A DNA stretch of 64,000 nt from Octopus sinensis. Lineage: Eukaryota. The translations under genes were made by a program, and so were the position numbers. A model generated the notes under the pieces. The model saw only the letters and a list, made by a program, of their open reading frames with translations. It made no database searches and was not told where the DNA came from. Shown one piece after another: positions 25,049 through 37,348 of the stretch; the first letter of the stretch is position 1; each line of letters starts with the position of its first letter. Where the stretch lies: NCBI RefSeq assembly GCF_006345805.1, contig NC_043007.1:43214001-43278000 (forward strand), written 5' to 3'.

Positions 25049-25829
25049 GTCAAAAAATTCTCAAACTGCTAAAAGGGTTTAATCTAGCAGAGTAGCTGAA
25101 GTTATTGATAGAATGAATAAGAAAGTATTATTGGAGAGAATTTTAAAAAATAACAATACACTGGGTTTTCAGTCCACAGCTGTTCAGATTAACTTTAATC
25201 CTTTATTAAGAAACCAAGTATGGAAAGTAAAAAATTGCTCTTCAATTATTCTTGATGTCACAAGGTACTAATTTAAAAATAGAATATAATAGCATATAAG
25301 TAAAAAGAAAAAAAGGAAAGAAAGAAAAGTGAGGAAAATGTTATGCAAGATTTGCTTTCTGTTTACATAAAAAACATGTATTGAGTACACAAAAAGTAAT
25401 ATTGCTACCAAGAAAATACCAGTGACCTACATTTAAGAGGGAGATCAGGAGAAGGAGGAGGAAGAAGAGAAGGAGAGGGAGGAAAGGATGAAGAGGAGGG
25501 GAAGGAAAACGAAGAGGAGAAGGAGAGGAGGAGAAAGACGAAAAAGAAGAGTTGGTGGTTGGTGGTGGTTAGAAAAAACATGATTGCACTATATTACATA
25601 AAGATTTCCACAAACTACTGATAGCATGCAAACTCTTTTTCATTGAATTACAACCTGAACTAAACACTTCACTACAAAGCTTCTTCTATGCAAGATGCAT
25701 AATATTCATCTATGTCAACAGCACTCCAACCACCATCAACTACTATATCCATAGGCCGATTGATACCTACTTAGTCTGGTTCTCTTTCTTTTACCAGGGC
25801 TTTACTCTCATTCAACGCAGCAGCTGCAG

Positions 25830-26060
25830 GCTGGAAGAGGCCCTGTGGCAGGCCCCCTCACCAGATGGCTGGATGTGATTGGGGAAAATCTCCAGACGTT
25901 TGACATCACCTTGGAGGATGCAGAAGGACTGGCATGGGACCACCAACAATGAAAAGCACTGTGGACTTGGTCAGTTATATGCATGATGACTCCTCTGGGA
26001 CTACTAACTTGGATTGACCCCAGCCCCATCAAGCAAGAGCACGAAGCCAAGCCATTTATC
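25830..26060 (+). mobile_element. 3' end of a second RTE-like LINE family
   Basis: GWKRPCGRP, then after a frameshift RWLDVIGENLQTFDITLEDAEGLAWDHQQ*KAL. Confidence 0.65.
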
Positions 26061-26558
26061 ACCACCACTAGCTCTAGTTTCTAGCTCTACAATATACACA
26101 ATTCTACCAGTAACATCAAACGGTAGACTGAAATCTATTTCTTTCATGAAAACAATTTTCATTGTTATCTCACTATGAACAATACTGTAAATGGTTTTAG
26201 GAACTAGAGTGATGTTAAAATCCATGAAGTTGAAGTTGGAAAGAAGGTGGGGATAAGATTATATAAGCCCCCACCTCATGAGCTGAAAAGTAGGGGAAAG
26301 TTGTCCCTTGTATACACCTCCATTTTCATCATGCATATTTCTTTATTCTTTTATTCATTTGACTGCGGCCATGCTGGAGCACCACCTTTAGTCGAAAAAA
26401 TCAACCCCAGGACTTATTCTTTATTAGCCTAGTACTTATTCTATTGGTCTCTTTTGCTGAACCACTAAGTTACGGGGACGTAAACACACCACCATCAGTT
26501 GTCAAGCGATGTTGGAGGGACAAACACACACACACACACACACGCACGTACACACACA

Positions 26559-26604
<46 letters not shown>

Positions 26605-26949
26605 ACTTCTTCAGTTATGAACAATATAACAACAAAAGCAACAATAATAATTAGGATTTCTAACTTGCCTTCAGCAGAAGGTCACAGGTGTGAGTTATGT
26701 TATCAATTTCTAATGTTAGACATTATAATTTCTAACATTAGATCAAAGATTCATATTTAGAAAGAACAGGATATAGTAACCCTGGAGGGATGAAGGGCCA
26801 AGTTTGAACTCAGAATCTAAAAGATACTGAATTCTAAATATTGAAACATATTTAATTTAACCGATACTCATTTCTGTTGCTCCACCACACTTTATAATAG
26901 CGAAGATGATTATAATAAAATAACAATAATTTTTTTTTTTTTTTTTGGT

Positions 26950-27600
26950 GGGGTGGAGCTGGTTAATAACATCAACCTTAGTGCTGAACTGGTACTTATT
27001 TTATTGACCCCAAAAGGGTGAAAGGTAATGTCAACCTCAACAGAATTGAACTCAGAACAAAATGCAGCTCAGCATTTTGTTTGGTGTACTTACAATTTTG
27101 CCAGCTTGCTACCTTAATAATAATCCTTTCTACTAAAGGCACAAGGCCTAAAATTTTGGGGGAAGAGACTAGTTGATTACATCGACCCCAGTGTTCCACT
27201 AGTACTTAGTTTATTAACCCCGAGAGGATGAAAGGCAAAGTCAACCTCAGCAGAATTTGAACTCAGAATGTGAAGACAGATGAAATGCTGCTCAGTATTC
27301 CATCTGGTATACGATTCTGCCAGCTTGCTGCCTTAGATGACAATGATGATGATGATAATAATAATCCTTTCTACTAAAGGCACAAGGCCAGAAATTTTAA
27401 GGAAGGGGTAATAATCAATTACATTGACCACAGTGATCAACTGACTCTTGTTTCATCAACCCCTGAAAGGATGAAAGGCAAAGTTTGAACTCAGAATATT
27501 GGTGGAATTTGAACTCAGAATATAAAGCTGGAAGAATGTCACTAAGAATTTTGTCCCGTGCACTAACAATTCTGCCAGCATGCCACCTTAATAATAATAA
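26950..27600 (-). mobile_element. Three head-to-tail copies of tRNA-derived SINE family B
   Basis: Repeated GGTACTTA..TTATTGACCCC..AGGATGAAAGGCAAAGTC..CCTC..CAGAATTTGAACTCAGAA blocks at ~26950-27115, 27114-27333 and 27355-27589. Confidence 0.82.
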
Positions 27601-28272
27601 TAATTTCTTAGATTCATAACATCTCAATAGGAACATTGTTAACATCTGTATGCAGGCAATATTCTCAAGTCAGTCTTTAATCAAAGGCACATATTTTCCT
27701 TTCCTTTGGTATTTATTTCCCATATTTTTTTTTCTCCTTTCCAAGAACCAAAAATTTCTTTGAAAGCTGTGTCCCTTCTGAATCTAATTCTAACCAATGA
27801 ATTTTATTTGTTGACTACAGAAATCTTGCTCACAATGTCTTTCTTCACTTCCATTCAGACATTACATACAGCTGCTATGACCATTCAGATTTCTTCTCAC
27901 TGAAACCCATCAAAGAAGCTTGTTCCGGTATTTCTGAGAATCCATTTGTTCCTATCTTAATGGCATTAACTTCACTAAAGTCACGCTGCTCACAAGCAAT
28001 ATTTGAAAGCTGATGTTAGTGGAAAATTTCATTTGTTTTGTTTTGTTTTTTTGTTACATTTTTCTTTCATAAATCCCAAGCAAATTATAGTTCAAAATAT
28101 GAGTAGAGGAAAGTGAACTTCTATTTGATTTGTAGTATTTTATGTGAGTGTACATATATGTATGTTTATGTACAGGGATGGGAGTAATTGTGTATATGTT
28201 TAAAAGTGTCTATATCTCCACTTGTGTAAGTATATGCATGTGTGCATGTACATACATACATACATATATATA

Positions 28273-28321
<49 letters not shown>

Positions 28322-29192
28322 TGTTTGTATATGCTGCATATAATATACTGTACAAAGAGAAAAGTTATACAAATCTAAAATTTGTGTAGTCTCTAGTAAT
28401 TGATTACTAGAGTACCACCAACACTACCACCATCATCATCATCATTATCTAATGTCTGTTTTCCATACTGGTATGGGTCGGACATCATCTGTGAATAGAT
28501 ATGTATACAGTCATACTCATACATAATCATTCTGTAAAATGATATTCTGCAGTTAGACTATGGATTTATTTCAGGCAGCTTGACATGAGGATCAAGCCAA
28601 CAAGTTTTACCATTTGCATAAATCATCAGGATTTATTTACTACTATCACCAAATGATAGTAGCAAACAAAGAACTACTTATTAAAATTTAAACAACTTAT
28701 TTACATAATAATAATATGTTGACAGACTGACATCAATTACTTGAGTAATTAGCATAGGTTATATATATATATATCTGATTTAGTCTTTCAGTCTTACTCC
28801 CAGCTGAAAAAAGAAAAAAATATTGCCTAACTATAGACTGCAGTTTTACAATGAAACTAAATAAATAGTCTTTTATTTGTAAGGCATCCCTAGATAAATA
28901 CCCTCAGTTACTTTATATACCTGCTTATTTATCATAAGATAAAAAGCAACATTTACAATATGGCCATAATGTTATACTCAGCTCATCAGAATGTCAAGTT
29001 AGGATCAAGAAATACTAAATGTATGTATACATATATATATATATATATGTCCGTCCAACCCATGCTAGCATGGAAAACGGACGCTAAACGATGATGATGA
29101 TGATAATGATGTAGGATTGTTTGTAGAAATGCATAAGTTTAGAGGAGAAGCACACCTAAAGTGTAGAGCAGTTAATATTATAGTGGGGTATG

Positions 29193-29255
<63 letters not shown>

Positions 29256-29325
29256 GGTCCGGGTTGATCCGGGTTAACAGTACTAGTCCTGTTGAATGAA
29301 ACAGTACTAGTCCTGTAGAAGCTCC

Positions 29326-29367
<42 letters not shown>

Positions 29368-29537
29368 AACAGAATTGAACAGCCGAAATTTGCTATGATG
29401 ATTCGGTGTCTGACTGAAGATTGAAGGCTTCGAATGATTTGTCTGTGTTCCGTGTTCGTCCCTTCCTGTATTTCACGTTCATTATATATAAAAACATTCA
29501 TTCTTATATATATATATATATATATAAATGAAATGAT

Positions 29538-29574
<37 letters not shown>

Positions 29575-29579
<5 letters not shown>

Positions 29580-29967
29580 TTTTACTTGTTTCAGTCATTT
29601 GATGGCCATCCTGGAGCACTGCCTTTAGTTGAATAAATTGACCCCAGGACTTATTCTTTGTAAGCTAGTACTTAATCTATTGGCCTCTTTTGCTGAACCG
29701 CTAAGTTATGGGAACATAAACACACCAACATTGGTTGTCAAGTGATGCTAGGAGGACAGACACAGACACACACGCACATACAAACACACACACACATATA
29801 TACTCACAACAGGCTTCTTTCAGTTTCCATCTACTAAATCCACTTAGAAGGCTTTGGTCAGCCCAAAGCTATAATGGAAGACACTTGACCAAGATGCCAT
29901 GCAGTGGAACTGAACCTGCTACCACGTGGTTCAGAAGCAATCTTCTAACCACACAACCACACCAGCA

Positions 29968-29968
<1 letters not shown>
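29575..29968 (-). mobile_element. SINE family A, full length
   Basis: Colinear with 48346-48734. Confidence 0.85.
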
Positions 29969-30061
<93 letters not shown>

Positions 30062-30974
30062 GAAGGAGACAGACAAACGGGAATATTTGGATTTCCAAAG
30101 AGGAGTACTCAATACATGCAATAAAATTTATTTACACTTCGTCACCTGAACACACAGAAGTGAAACCTGGAGCAACAGAATAAATCATTAACATGCTTGT
30201 ATGCGTTTTTTTACAAAATATATATACATACCAGAATGTAACCTAATTATATTGTGTTTTCATACACACTAAGAGGTTCTCATGAACCTCTTAGCCATTA
30301 GCCTGGCTTTCTTCTCTCACCCCCCCCCCCGCTGTTATTTACCACCACCTCCACTACTACAACAACAGCACCAACACCAATATAAATTACTAGTTCCACC
30401 CCAGTGCTTATTTTAAATAGACTGAAAGAAGGCTTTTTAAGAGATAAACAGCAGCTTGCTGAGGTAAAGTTTTGTATAATAGACTAGAGATCAGTAAATG
30501 GAAAGTCATTCTTCATTTGAAAACTATTAACATCACAAACTTTTAAACTATTTTCCCATTAAACAGAAAACACAATTCTGGCACAGTTATGGTTTTAGAA
30601 AACAAAAAGCAAGAGAAAAATGAACAATAGTAAAAATATAAAAAGAAAAAATATTCTATACATTTTTTTTTTGTTTGTTAAAAATGTCTAACTAACCAGA
30701 ACTCTGAGGTAAATCAAATGTTGATTTTTATAAAATTCATATTGATAATGCTCTATATGATCTGATTTAAGTGATTCTTTTCCTGTTCTATTATAACTAT
30801 CATTGTTACCGCAACCTTCATTAATAGCGCCAACACAACATCATTTTTATCATCATCACTAAGGCTACACTACACTACCACTACAGCTATATTTCAACAA
30901 CCACCATGGCTAGTATCTATTAATTACACTACTACCATCACTATATATGCTACCACTCTCTATTATGGTTATTC

Positions 30975-31370
30975 AAATGATAGAGGCAGCATCTACATAG
31001 TTGCTCAACCTGCTAAAAATAATAACCAAATTCTCTCAAATCTTTTCATGTGGTCTTAGAAAAGAGCATGTTGGATAACCTGACCTTAGATAGTCGTCGT
31101 TGAAGTACCTCTGATAAAAAGTTTGATTAATAAAGCTGATCTGGGAATCAAACAACAATCATAATTATTCAAGTAAATAAGTGAGTCTTTGCATGATTGC
31201 TCAACCTACTAGAAATACCGGCTATTCTCTTTCAAATCATACCCTACCACCTTGGGAAGGGAAAGGATAGACTGGATAATTGGACAATGTAATCCCCAAA
31301 AGACTGGATGTTATGATTGGAATGCCTTTGATCAACAGTCTGCTCAATAAGGGATGACCTGGGGCTTATC
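30975..31370 (-). repeat. Two tandem copies of an unclassified dispersed repeat (GCTATTTCTAGCAG family)
   Basis: Homologous copies at ~32830-33200 (two, +), 53115-53300, 63520-63745, 45265-45410 and 11845-11945. Confidence 0.6.
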
Positions 31371-31793
31371 ACCAGTCACCAAACATCACCACACTACCAG
31401 TATTTTGAAGACCACTTCCAACACCCCAACTACCATTATTACCCCAATCAGACACTTCTAATATTTACCTTAACCATCTCCACTATGATTATTACTACAT
31501 CCCTACCATTACAAGCAACTCTATTTCACAATCTCTGCCATCACTACCATCTCATTAGCACTTTGATGATTAAATACTCTTAGATGTATTGTGTTTAATG
31601 TACATTTTCTACTCTATAATAGAATTTGTTAAATTGATTAACAAAATAAATAGCAGCTCTGTATGTGTGCATGTGAGAAAGAGAAAAAGAGTGTGTGTAT
31701 GAGAGTAAAAGAGTGTGTGTGTGTATGAGTGAGTGAATGTGTACTAGCATCCACAAAAGAAAAATACAAAAGCTTCAAGAGTTCTCAAATTGT

Positions 31794-32021
31794 TTAACCC
31801 TTTTGCATGCAGATCACTCTGTCAAATGTAATGCTTATTTATTCACATTGTTTTGAATTAGTAATACATTATCTTGTAGCTTCAAGATTTCAATGATGTG
31901 ATTGTTTGTTTTTAGAATGGTATTGTAAGGTTGGTATGAGAGGTTGGATCTGGCTAATCTGAACATAAAACAGGCAGACTATTTCAGCCAGTTATTGGCA
32001 GTTTAAATGCCAAAGGGTTAA
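31794..32021 (+). mobile_element. piggyBac-type MITE, copy 2
   Basis: TTAA-CCCTTTTGCAT...ATGCCAAAGGG-TTAA: terminal inverted repeats and TTAA duplication. Confidence 0.75.
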
Positions 32022-33310
32022 ATTTGATTGAGAAGTTGGTTATTGTTATTCTTTTATTTGTTGTTGATCATCATTTAAAGTCCATTTTTCCATACTGGCA
32101 TGGGTTGGACTCTGTGTGTGTGCATGCGCGTGTGCACGTGTGCATGCACATGTATTGCAATAATTAATTTATATTAGTAAATGTTTACTAATTTAGCAAA
32201 TTTAGATATCTTCTACAGATTGTCAGAGTAAATGTTTTCAAACCAAGAAGAAACTGCAGCCTCTAATTTTCCTGATAAGCAAATTGAGATAGCCAAGGGT
32301 TATGAATCTTGTATATGAAATACAATGCAATGCCAGTGTAAAAGTTCAACATTAATACACACACATCCACACCTCTCTCTCTCTATCTCTCTCTCTATCT
32401 ATCTCTCTCTTTCTCTCTCTGTTGTTGTGTATGATCTGTTAGTCAGAAAGGGCATCCAGCCATAAAACAGTATATCAATAATGTATTCTTCTAACGCATG
32501 CTAGCATAGAAAAACATGTAAAAAACATGATTTCTTGCATGCAATAACAGTATTCAAACAAAGAATTCTTAGAACTTATCCAAGCTCTTGACCTACTCTT
32601 TTTTCTTCCAATAATGGCAAAGTATTTCAAGAATTATCAACAGGTATTATAGTGTTAACCAATTTAAAGCACTCAAGTGAACACTTGAACTATAAATTTA
32701 GTAGTCTTATCACCTTAGCAAATTACAGATAGCCATCATGTTATTCAAGAACTTCTATGAAATTATAAAAAATTTCTTTATCAATCTCTCACATGAAATT
32801 CAAAGCAGTTTTTAAAAATGAGTTTTAGAAAGGGTTGTTGCTGTTTAGTCTCAGGCCAGTCATGATCAAGCAGACCTTTTAAAGATGTTCCAACCATGAC
32901 CATCTCATCTTTTCGTATATCTAGAACTATATTGTCCAATGTGTCCTTCCTTTTTTAAGATGTTAGTATGAGATTTTTATAAGAGATTTGACTGCTATTC
33001 CTAATAGGCTAAACAATTATGTAGAAACCTTTCATTGGTTCAAAACATACTAGGTATGTTCCAGCCAAAAACATGCCAGCCTTAAATATTCTTTTATTTT
33101 AAATGTAGTGTGCCTAGGACTACATTATTTAAGAAATCCTTTGTTTTTAAATTTTAGATGTGATTTGAGGGAGGTCTGGTTGTTATTTCTAGCAGTGATT
33201 AACTTTGTACAGCCTTTGTATACAGATCTTTTGCAAATAGTAATAACCATGTAATCGGCTAGTGGAGACACATTAACCTAATACTTAAGATATAGTCCTC
33301 CCAACTTAAT

Positions 33311-33377
<67 letters not shown>

Positions 33378-34852
33378 CATTATAGTTATGTAGTGTTAAT
33401 ATATCCTCCCAGGGTTTATATTACTACAGGATATAAAATGTAGAAATATGTCAGAGTAAATTTATGTGTGTGTTCTATGTTATCAGTAAAGAAAATAAAA
33501 GTTATGATTTGTGTTTATAAATATTTCTTATAAATGAAGAAAAGAAAAAATTCTGAAACATTTATTTATCTTTTATTTATATAACTTCTAAAATGTGGGA
33601 CATTTTCAAAATATGCAGTTGCACATGTTCAGACACATATAAGCAAATGCACACATGTAGATATAAACAAAACAACTAGTTATGTAAATAGCCTAGACCA
33701 CTTTTCAACCCTTTTACTGTACCCTCTCTTTTATTAGTTCACCATCCAATTCCCACAGACACACATATAAGAAAAAATTATTATATATAACACAGTTTGT
33801 TACATAACATTAAACATACTTCTTTAAAAAAAACATTGTTAAGGAAAATAAATTTAACACAAAACATTATAAATAATAAAAAAATTTCAACTTAAAAACA
33901 ATCTCCTAAAAATTTTCCATTGGATTCCTGAAAATTCACTCACCTAAATAACAATTGTAGTCCTAGAACAATACTCCTTGAGAAACACTTTTAATTTTAT
34001 CAAGTTGATTATCAGGTTCATGTAATTAGATTTCTAGTTACAGTGTTTCTGTTTGTGTTAGACATGTTCTAGATTGTAAGATTAAGATGCCAAAGATTTA
34101 TTTGAAGAGAGATGATTTCTGTACTATCAGATTAAACAACTTACATTGACAATCTATTATTGGTTTGAATTCTAGGTGTATCTTAATCACTAAGGATGGG
34201 TTGACTTTAAAAAATGAGACTGCTCTGAGCCTGACAGAACAGGAATAACTGGAATTAATAAGAATTAAAATGCTCAAGCCTTTTTTTGCTCCTTTGAATA
34301 CATTAACTAAATGCTTTCCCTATAAAAACCCCTACCAGGTAATTCAATATTCGCCATTCCTATTGTATTTCACTTTCAAGATCCTATTCTAAATTGTTTC
34401 TAATTTAAGCATAAAACCAACAAGCTGTCAACTCCAGTACTTGATTGGTGTTTTATTTTATTGATCCTGGAAGGATAAAAGGTAAAGTTGACTTTAGCAG
34501 GATTTGAACCCAGAATGTAAAGAGCTGAAAGAAATACCATAAGGCATTGCTGCCAACACCAATAATTCTACCACTCACTACCTAAACTGTTTTCTAGAAA
34601 CTATGCTTAATTCTTAATTTCCAGAACTAAATCCTTTTGGAAATCCAAACCTTCTCTGCATATTCTTTTCTTCAACCTACAAACAATTCAAGTAAAACAT
34701 GTACCAGACTAACTTCACACAATTTATAAGCACTACAAAAAGCAATGTCCCACCATTTTGCAGAGAAAATATTCTTTTTTTTTTTCAGAATATTTAGAAA
34801 AAGAAAAAGATTTTGCACAAAAGTTGCCTTTCAACATTTATGAAAATGTTAG

Positions 34853-34890
<38 letters not shown>

Positions 34891-35867
34891 ATATGTGTGT
34901 GTGTGTGTGCATGTCTGTCTGTCTGTCTGTCATTTGTGTATGCTTGTGCATGTATTCAGGCTGAACATTTCATCATATATCATTAAAAAAATGATTTAGG
35001 ACACTTTTCCTATTTACATAATTTTTACTGAAATCTTTTTCTTATTATTCCTTTTTTTAAACAGTGCGTCCATCTGTGATCTTACATCTAAATGTCTTAC
35101 AATAAATACACACATATGTGAAGATCATTCAGATTTTTTTGAAAGAAAATAGCACATTCAGAAGAAAACTGCCTTACTGACATGTATTAACATGATATCA
35201 AAGCTTTCACTAACTTCACACTTAAGAGTCAAACCAGTAAAGTTGTAAGTATTTACTGACTAATGTAGTTTATGATACTTTCTTCCTTCATCTATACAAA
35301 CTAAGTAAAAATCTTACTTCTAAGAATGGGTACCTGTTGCTTTAGCAACCAAAATGATACAGATTTTAAAGTTTGGCGCAGCATGAAAAAAGAAAAATAT
35401 TATTAAAAGATTTCAATAGTATTTTAAATACTAATAATTGAATTTGTTTTTAGGCAATTCAAGAGTTTAAAATATGTAAATATAATCAAATTCATATTTA
35501 ACCACCAGATCAGTCAATCAAACAGACTTAAGATCAACATTTCATTGCCAGTCATCCCAGCTTTATATATAACCAAGGCCACATAGCCCAGTGTATCGTA
35601 TTCTTTTTTGCAGGGAAGTAGTGTGAGTTTTGCAGAAGATCTGGATACTACTTCTAGCAGATTGAGTGACAATGTAGCAGCTCCCTCAATGGCTTCTCGT
35701 AAATTGAGGGGCTGTAGAGGTGAACATGCTTAAACAGAATTATTTTCAAGGGTGACACTGTTAAATGCAGAAAGGGATAACTGCTGTGATTGTTGCTAAC
35801 AAAAGAATTATCTTTCTGTACAGAGTAGGTATTAGGAAGCCTGTATTGCAAATGTGACACTTTACCA

Positions 35868-36750
35868 CAATGATTCCCAAAGTGGGTACTACAGCTTTCT
35901 TGAGGATGCTGGAAGAGTCAAGAAGGATATTGAAAGGCAAGGGGGAACAAAGGAAGCATCAGAAGGCAAGGGGGTGAGGAGGGAGTCAATGGATAAAGAA
36001 TACAAATTAATAATTACTTGAAAAACTGTCAATGGTGTTCAATGAAAGATAGCATGATCATATTTAATAAATAATATAAATAAAAAAAATAATAATGTAT
36101 ATACCTATATTAACATATTTCTTATAGATATAACCATTGTAGAACCAAAGTAGAAATATTAGCAACATAGCATCAAATATCTAAGATATGGCTTTATTCC
36201 CTTACCTACAAACAAGCTATTATCAATGTGCTTGATTTGCCAAAAAGTGTTTTCCAATGGATGTATGAAACCTTTAAGATTAGAAGAACACTTAAAAATA
36301 TTCATGCTGACAAGATAAATAAAGATTTATCATATTTTAAAGCACTTCAAGACCAATTTTGCAAACAGCCAATGTTGTTAAGTATGTTTTCTGCATCAAT
36401 AAAAGAAAATGATGGGCAGTATACTTCTTATAAAATTACATTACTGACTGCCAAATCCAGAAAACCAGATGCTATTGGCAAAGAATTGATCTTGCCAGCT
36501 GTTAGTAAGGTTCTGCATACTGTGTTGCACAAACTAGTGACTGGCATAATAAAATACCTTTGAGTAATAATAAAATAATACAATGATGCATAGATAAAAT
36601 AAGCAATGATGTGGAAGACACACATATCAAACAATTTTTTGAGGACTGCCAATTTTCATTACAACTAGATAAATCAACTCCGGCAGAGAATGAAATGCTG
36701 ATGTTAGCTTACACTCAATTTATACAAGGAAAGAAAATAACTCGGGAAGC
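35868..36750 (+). mobile_element. hAT Charlie/Buster-group 5' fragment with decayed transposase N-terminus
   Basis: TIR-like CAATGATTCCCAAAGTGGG; KYLRYGF..CLICQKVFSN..MKP, YKITLL.AKS.KP..IGKELILPA and FSLQLDKST motifs typical of ZBED5/SCAND3-like transposases. Confidence 0.85.
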
Positions 36751-37302
36751 CATCCTGTCTCCTATCTCAAGAAACACCAAGGAAACATATAGAGCTTTCC
36801 TCATTGGCTCTAAGAGTACTTTGGCAGTAAGATTAATTAGCCTGTTGGAAGTTTGGCCAAAAATGAAGATTGCATGGAATTAAGGCATATAAATGGATTC
36901 TATTGTATAGACTCCCACATATATTAGAGCTTGGTGATATAAATGCTAAAACATATGGTAACAATAACGATGATCTTCTTGTTAAGAAATTCCCAGACAA
37001 GAGTCAAAATTAATGTCTTTGTTTGTAAAATTGATTTTATTATTGACTGAAAAAATATCCAAGAGTAAATATTGATTAAATGTATCATTAGAATGTCAAT
37101 TACAAAGCCTTGTTCCAGTGTAGGAAATCAGTTATAAGCTTTACCAAAGATAAGAAGCACAAATTTGTGTATCTATTTTTCTTTTATTTATGGTTTTATA
37201 TTAGCTGGTTTCAATCATTGGTGTTTGGCCATACTGAAACACTGCCTTCAAGTTGATCATATCAACCCCATTACTTATTACACACACACACACAGATATA
37301 TA

Positions 37303-37345
<43 letters not shown>

Positions 37346-37348
<3 letters not shown>

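Noticed and set aside
27780-28015. Exon-like or transposase-like open stretch on both strands
   Set aside because: Open frames exist (NLAHNVFLHF... on +, SNIACEQRDF... on -), but there is no recognisable motif or convincing splice pair.
29405-29450. Hammerhead at CTGAAGA...GAAT..GTC
   Set aside because: GAAA is incomplete and stem I does not pair; at most a dead remnant.
36920-37010. LINE endonuclease fragment (ILELGDINAK)
   Set aside because: Only a single GDxNA-like motif with no supporting context.
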